Below, in pieces: positions 61,015 through 64,000 of a DNA stretch of 64,000 bases. The position numbers were made by a program, and so were the translations under genes. The notes beneath the pieces are model-generated. The model was not told the DNA's origin and searched no databases. It worked only from the letters and a program-made list of their open reading frames with translations. Source of the DNA: Parasitella parasitica NRRL 2501 (lineage: Eukaryota > Fungi > Mucoromycota); contig MU619271.1 in assembly GCA_025201805.1 (NCBI GenBank), positions 166,167-230,166 on the forward strand, given 5' to 3'. How positions within the stretch are numbered: position 1 is the first letter of the stretch; every line of letters starts with the position of its first letter.

Positions 61015-62039
61015 NNNNNNNNNNNNNNNNNNNNNNNNNNNNNNNNNNNNNNNNNNNNNNNNNNNNNNNNNNNNNNNNNNNNNNNNNNNNNNNNNNNNNN
61101 NNNNNNNNNNNNNNNNNNNNNNNNNNNNNNNNNNNNNNNNNNNNNNNNNNNNNNNNNNNNNNNNNNNNNNNNNNNNNNNNNNNNNNNNNNNNNNNNNNNN
61201 NNNNNNNNNNNNNNNNNNNNNNNNNNNNNNNNNNNNNNNNNNNNNNNNNNNNNNNNNNNNNNNNNNNNNNNNNNNNNNNNNNNNNNNNNNNNNNNNNNNN
61301 NNNNNNNNNNNNNNNNNNNNNNNNNNNNNNNNNNNNNNNNNNNNNNNNNNNNNNNNNNNNNNNNNNNNNNNNNNNNNNNNNNNNNNNNNNNNNNNNNNNN
61401 NNNNNNNNNNNNNNNNNNNNNNNNNNNNNNNNNNNNNNNNNNNNNNNNNNNNNNNNNNNNNNNNNNNNNNNNNNNNNNNNNNNNNNNNNNNNNNNNNNNN
61501 NNNNNNNNNNNNNNNNNNNNNNNNNNNNNNNNNNNNNNNNNNNNNNNNNNNNNNNNNNNNNNNNNNNNNNNNNNNNNNNNNNNNNNNNNNNNNNNNNNNN
61601 NNNNNNNNNNNNNNNNNNNNNNNNNNNNNNNNNNNNNNNNNNNNNNNNNNNNNNNNNNNNNNNNNNNNNNNNNNNNNNNNNNNNNNNNNNNNNNNNNNNN
61701 NNNNNNNNNNNNNNNNNNNNNNNNNNNNNNNNNNNNNNNNNNNNNNNNNNNNNNNNNNNNNNNNNNNNNNNNNNNNNNNNNNNNNNNNNNNNNNNNNNNN
61801 NNNNNNNNNNNNNNNNNNNNNNNNNNNNNNNNNNNNNNNNNNNNNNNNNNNNNNNNNNNNNNNNNNNNNNNNNNNNNNNNNNNNNNNNNNNNNNNNNNNN
61901 NNNNNNNNNNNNNNNNNNNNNNNNNNNNNNNNNNNNNNNNNNNNNNNNNNNNNNNNNNNNNNNNNNNNNNNNNNNNNNNNNNNNNNNNNNNNNNNNNNNN
62001 NNNNAGCACAACCCACTCCACCAACATTTATAAGAGAAC

Positions 62040-63490
62040 GCATAGTATGCTGTAGTATGCTGAATCATATTAGATGCACCCGACTTTGATCTTTTGCCTT
62101 TCAATAAGCGCCAAACTTTAGTTTATGATGTTACCAAACCATCTGCCTTCCTCAACTTCCCAGGATCCCGCAACTTCTTCGTTGATGGTCCAGGGGGTGC
62201 TGGAAAGACATTTGTGTTTAGTGTACTCCTTGGTCGTGTTAGACGAGAAGGTGATATTAGATTATTGCAATGGCATTTAATGAAAATGTTGCATTGTTGC
62301 TCAAAAGCGGACGTACTGCTCACTCTACCTTAAGGTAACTTTAGAGATTACCAACGCTAGCGTGTACGACATTTCGCCCCGCTCTGACTAGCATCATTTA
62401 TCAAAGAGCAAAAATCATTGCTTGAGATGAATATTCAATGATCAGTAGGAATTGCTAAGTTGATCGTTCATTTCGTGAGTGCTTGAACAAAATCAGCTTT
62501 TGGCTAATGGTAGTCTCAGTGCAATTGCATACAAACATGAGAGTTTGACAAGCCCTTCGGACTGACAATCCAGGTCTTGCTAATGAACTTCAACACTTTG
62601 CTGATTATCGACTTCAGGTTGGTCAAATTACCGCTCCTACAATTACTCTGCTTAGAGATATGCCTTCAGATTTTATCCTAATTCCTGAGGAGATGCTCAT
62701 ATCTGGAGATAATTTGATTAATTTGATAAGAAGCATATTCTTTGATATTGCGACTAAGGCCAACAGTCTTGATTACTTTGCTGGGAGGGCTATCTTGATT
62801 GCAAAAAACAGAGATATCAAGGTGATAAACGATATACTCTTGGATTGCATTGAAGGGCGCAAAATGTCGTACGTCAGTAGTGGTCAAGCCTGCGAAGATA
62901 AATCTCAATTGACAATGCCGGTTGAGATGCTTAACACCATCGAAAATGGGTCTTTGCCTACTAAAATTCTTGATTTGAAAATTGGTGCTCCAATTATGGC
63001 AATCAGAAATATTGATCCTGCGGCTGGTATCTGTAATGGTACGAGATTAATCGTCAATTCACTCATGACGAATGTCATCGAAGCAATCATTGCTACTGGG
63101 CCCAATGCTGGCAACATTGTTCTTATCCCTAAAACCAAATTCATCTCTCTTCCCACTGAAGGCCTCTCACCTTTTGATTTTCAACGAATCCAGTTTCCCG
63201 TAAGACTGGCATTTGCGATGACCATCAGGGCAAACGCTAAATTCTGTTGGTTTGTACCTGCCAGGCCATTTATTTGGTCATGGTCAACTGTATGTCGCAC
63301 TATCACGTGTGAGGACGCCAACTTCTATCAAAGTAATGATCTCTGATGTTATATCCCGAATAGACAATCATACTGGGTCATATAATCACAATATCGTTTA
63401 TCAAGAAGTTTTCTACAATGCATAAGAACAAATAAAAAAATTATAAGCACTTTATTTCAATGGTAAAACTGGCCTGCGGCAGCACGAGCT
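62040..63490 (+). mobile_element. Helitron relic: PIF1-like helicase C-terminal half of RepHel, pseudogenised
   Basis: FFVDGPGGAGKTFVF, GRTAHST, RAILIAKN, LKIGAPIMAIRNIDPAAGICNGTRL, RIQFPVRLAFAMTI, QGQTL, HGQLYVALSRV, NIVYQEVF; many frameshifts; decayed GC-rich segment at 63471-63490 where the 3' hairpin is expected. Confidence 0.9.
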
Positions 63491-64000
63491 GTAAATTTAC
63501 CCTTCACTAAAGCGGTGTGCAAAATAATTTTTTTGCTCTTTCCACCTGGCTTTCTTTTCTCTACTTTAATTATAGTTCTATTTTACGTCATCAATACTAA
63601 TTGGAACTACGCGTACACACAAATTCAAATCTTCTTAGCTTATTTTTTTTTTTTTTTTTTCTTAATCATAGACCCACCAGACTGTAATGTAGGCATATTA
63701 ATTACCACAGAAACAGACTCATCTATGGTATAAATCTACTTCATGAAAATAGAACTCGTAAGTAAACGTCGTTTTACATTAAATATAAATTGTTAAAACA
63801 TTTTATAAGAACCGTATTTATTTAACACTGATTATTTGTTTAGCTGCCTTATACAAAAGATGAAGAGGTATTTATACAACATTGTTTCTAAACAAGATTT
63901 AATTAATGATTATTCTTTCTGACGTTTCTCTTCTCGTGTTGGCTATCTACTGTACACATTCAATGAAGAGCTAATTGGGGCAGCATTGAATGTGGTGTTG

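Noticed and set aside
1-64000. tRNA, rRNA, snRNA or snoRNA genes
   Set aside because: No convincing cloverleaf/B-box, rRNA or box C/D signature seen by eye; tRNAscan-SE and Infernal would be needed to exclude them.

Overview
Eukaryotic, intron-rich fungal DNA. Gene style and content (ALADIN, RED, DASH subunits, L1-like LINE, DD34E Tc1 elements, CR-REase-like relic) point to a Mucorales/Mucoromycota draft assembly with six N-gaps; this taxonomy is an inference. 1-12.4 kb is a transposon graveyard (LINE with a nested Tc1 half, dispersed repeats, REase-like and Tc1 pseudogenes) around one SDR gene. 12.7-49.8 kb is gene-dense: ICMT-family methyltransferase, alpha-arrestin, MED5, PIG-U/GAB1, FZO1, an intact 1.8-kb Tc1/mariner, glutaredoxin, SIP3/LAM, an extended SPC19, a repeat-containing orphan, a CFEM-like GPI protein, a PARP-type Zn-finger candidate, a KH-domain protein, ALADIN, RED and a DYRK kinase. 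50-64 kb holds relic DNA with a hammerhead-like motif, two tandem allantoate-permease-type MFS genes, PTC7, DAD1, a Tc1 fragment and a decayed Helitron. I see no clear-cut novel multi-gene system. The best leads are the Spc19 C-terminal extension, the modular 21-bp Tc1 TIRs, overlapping stop codons, three small spliced genes missed by the ORF track, and the hammerhead-like motif. All family assignments come from motif recognition by eye, not database searches.
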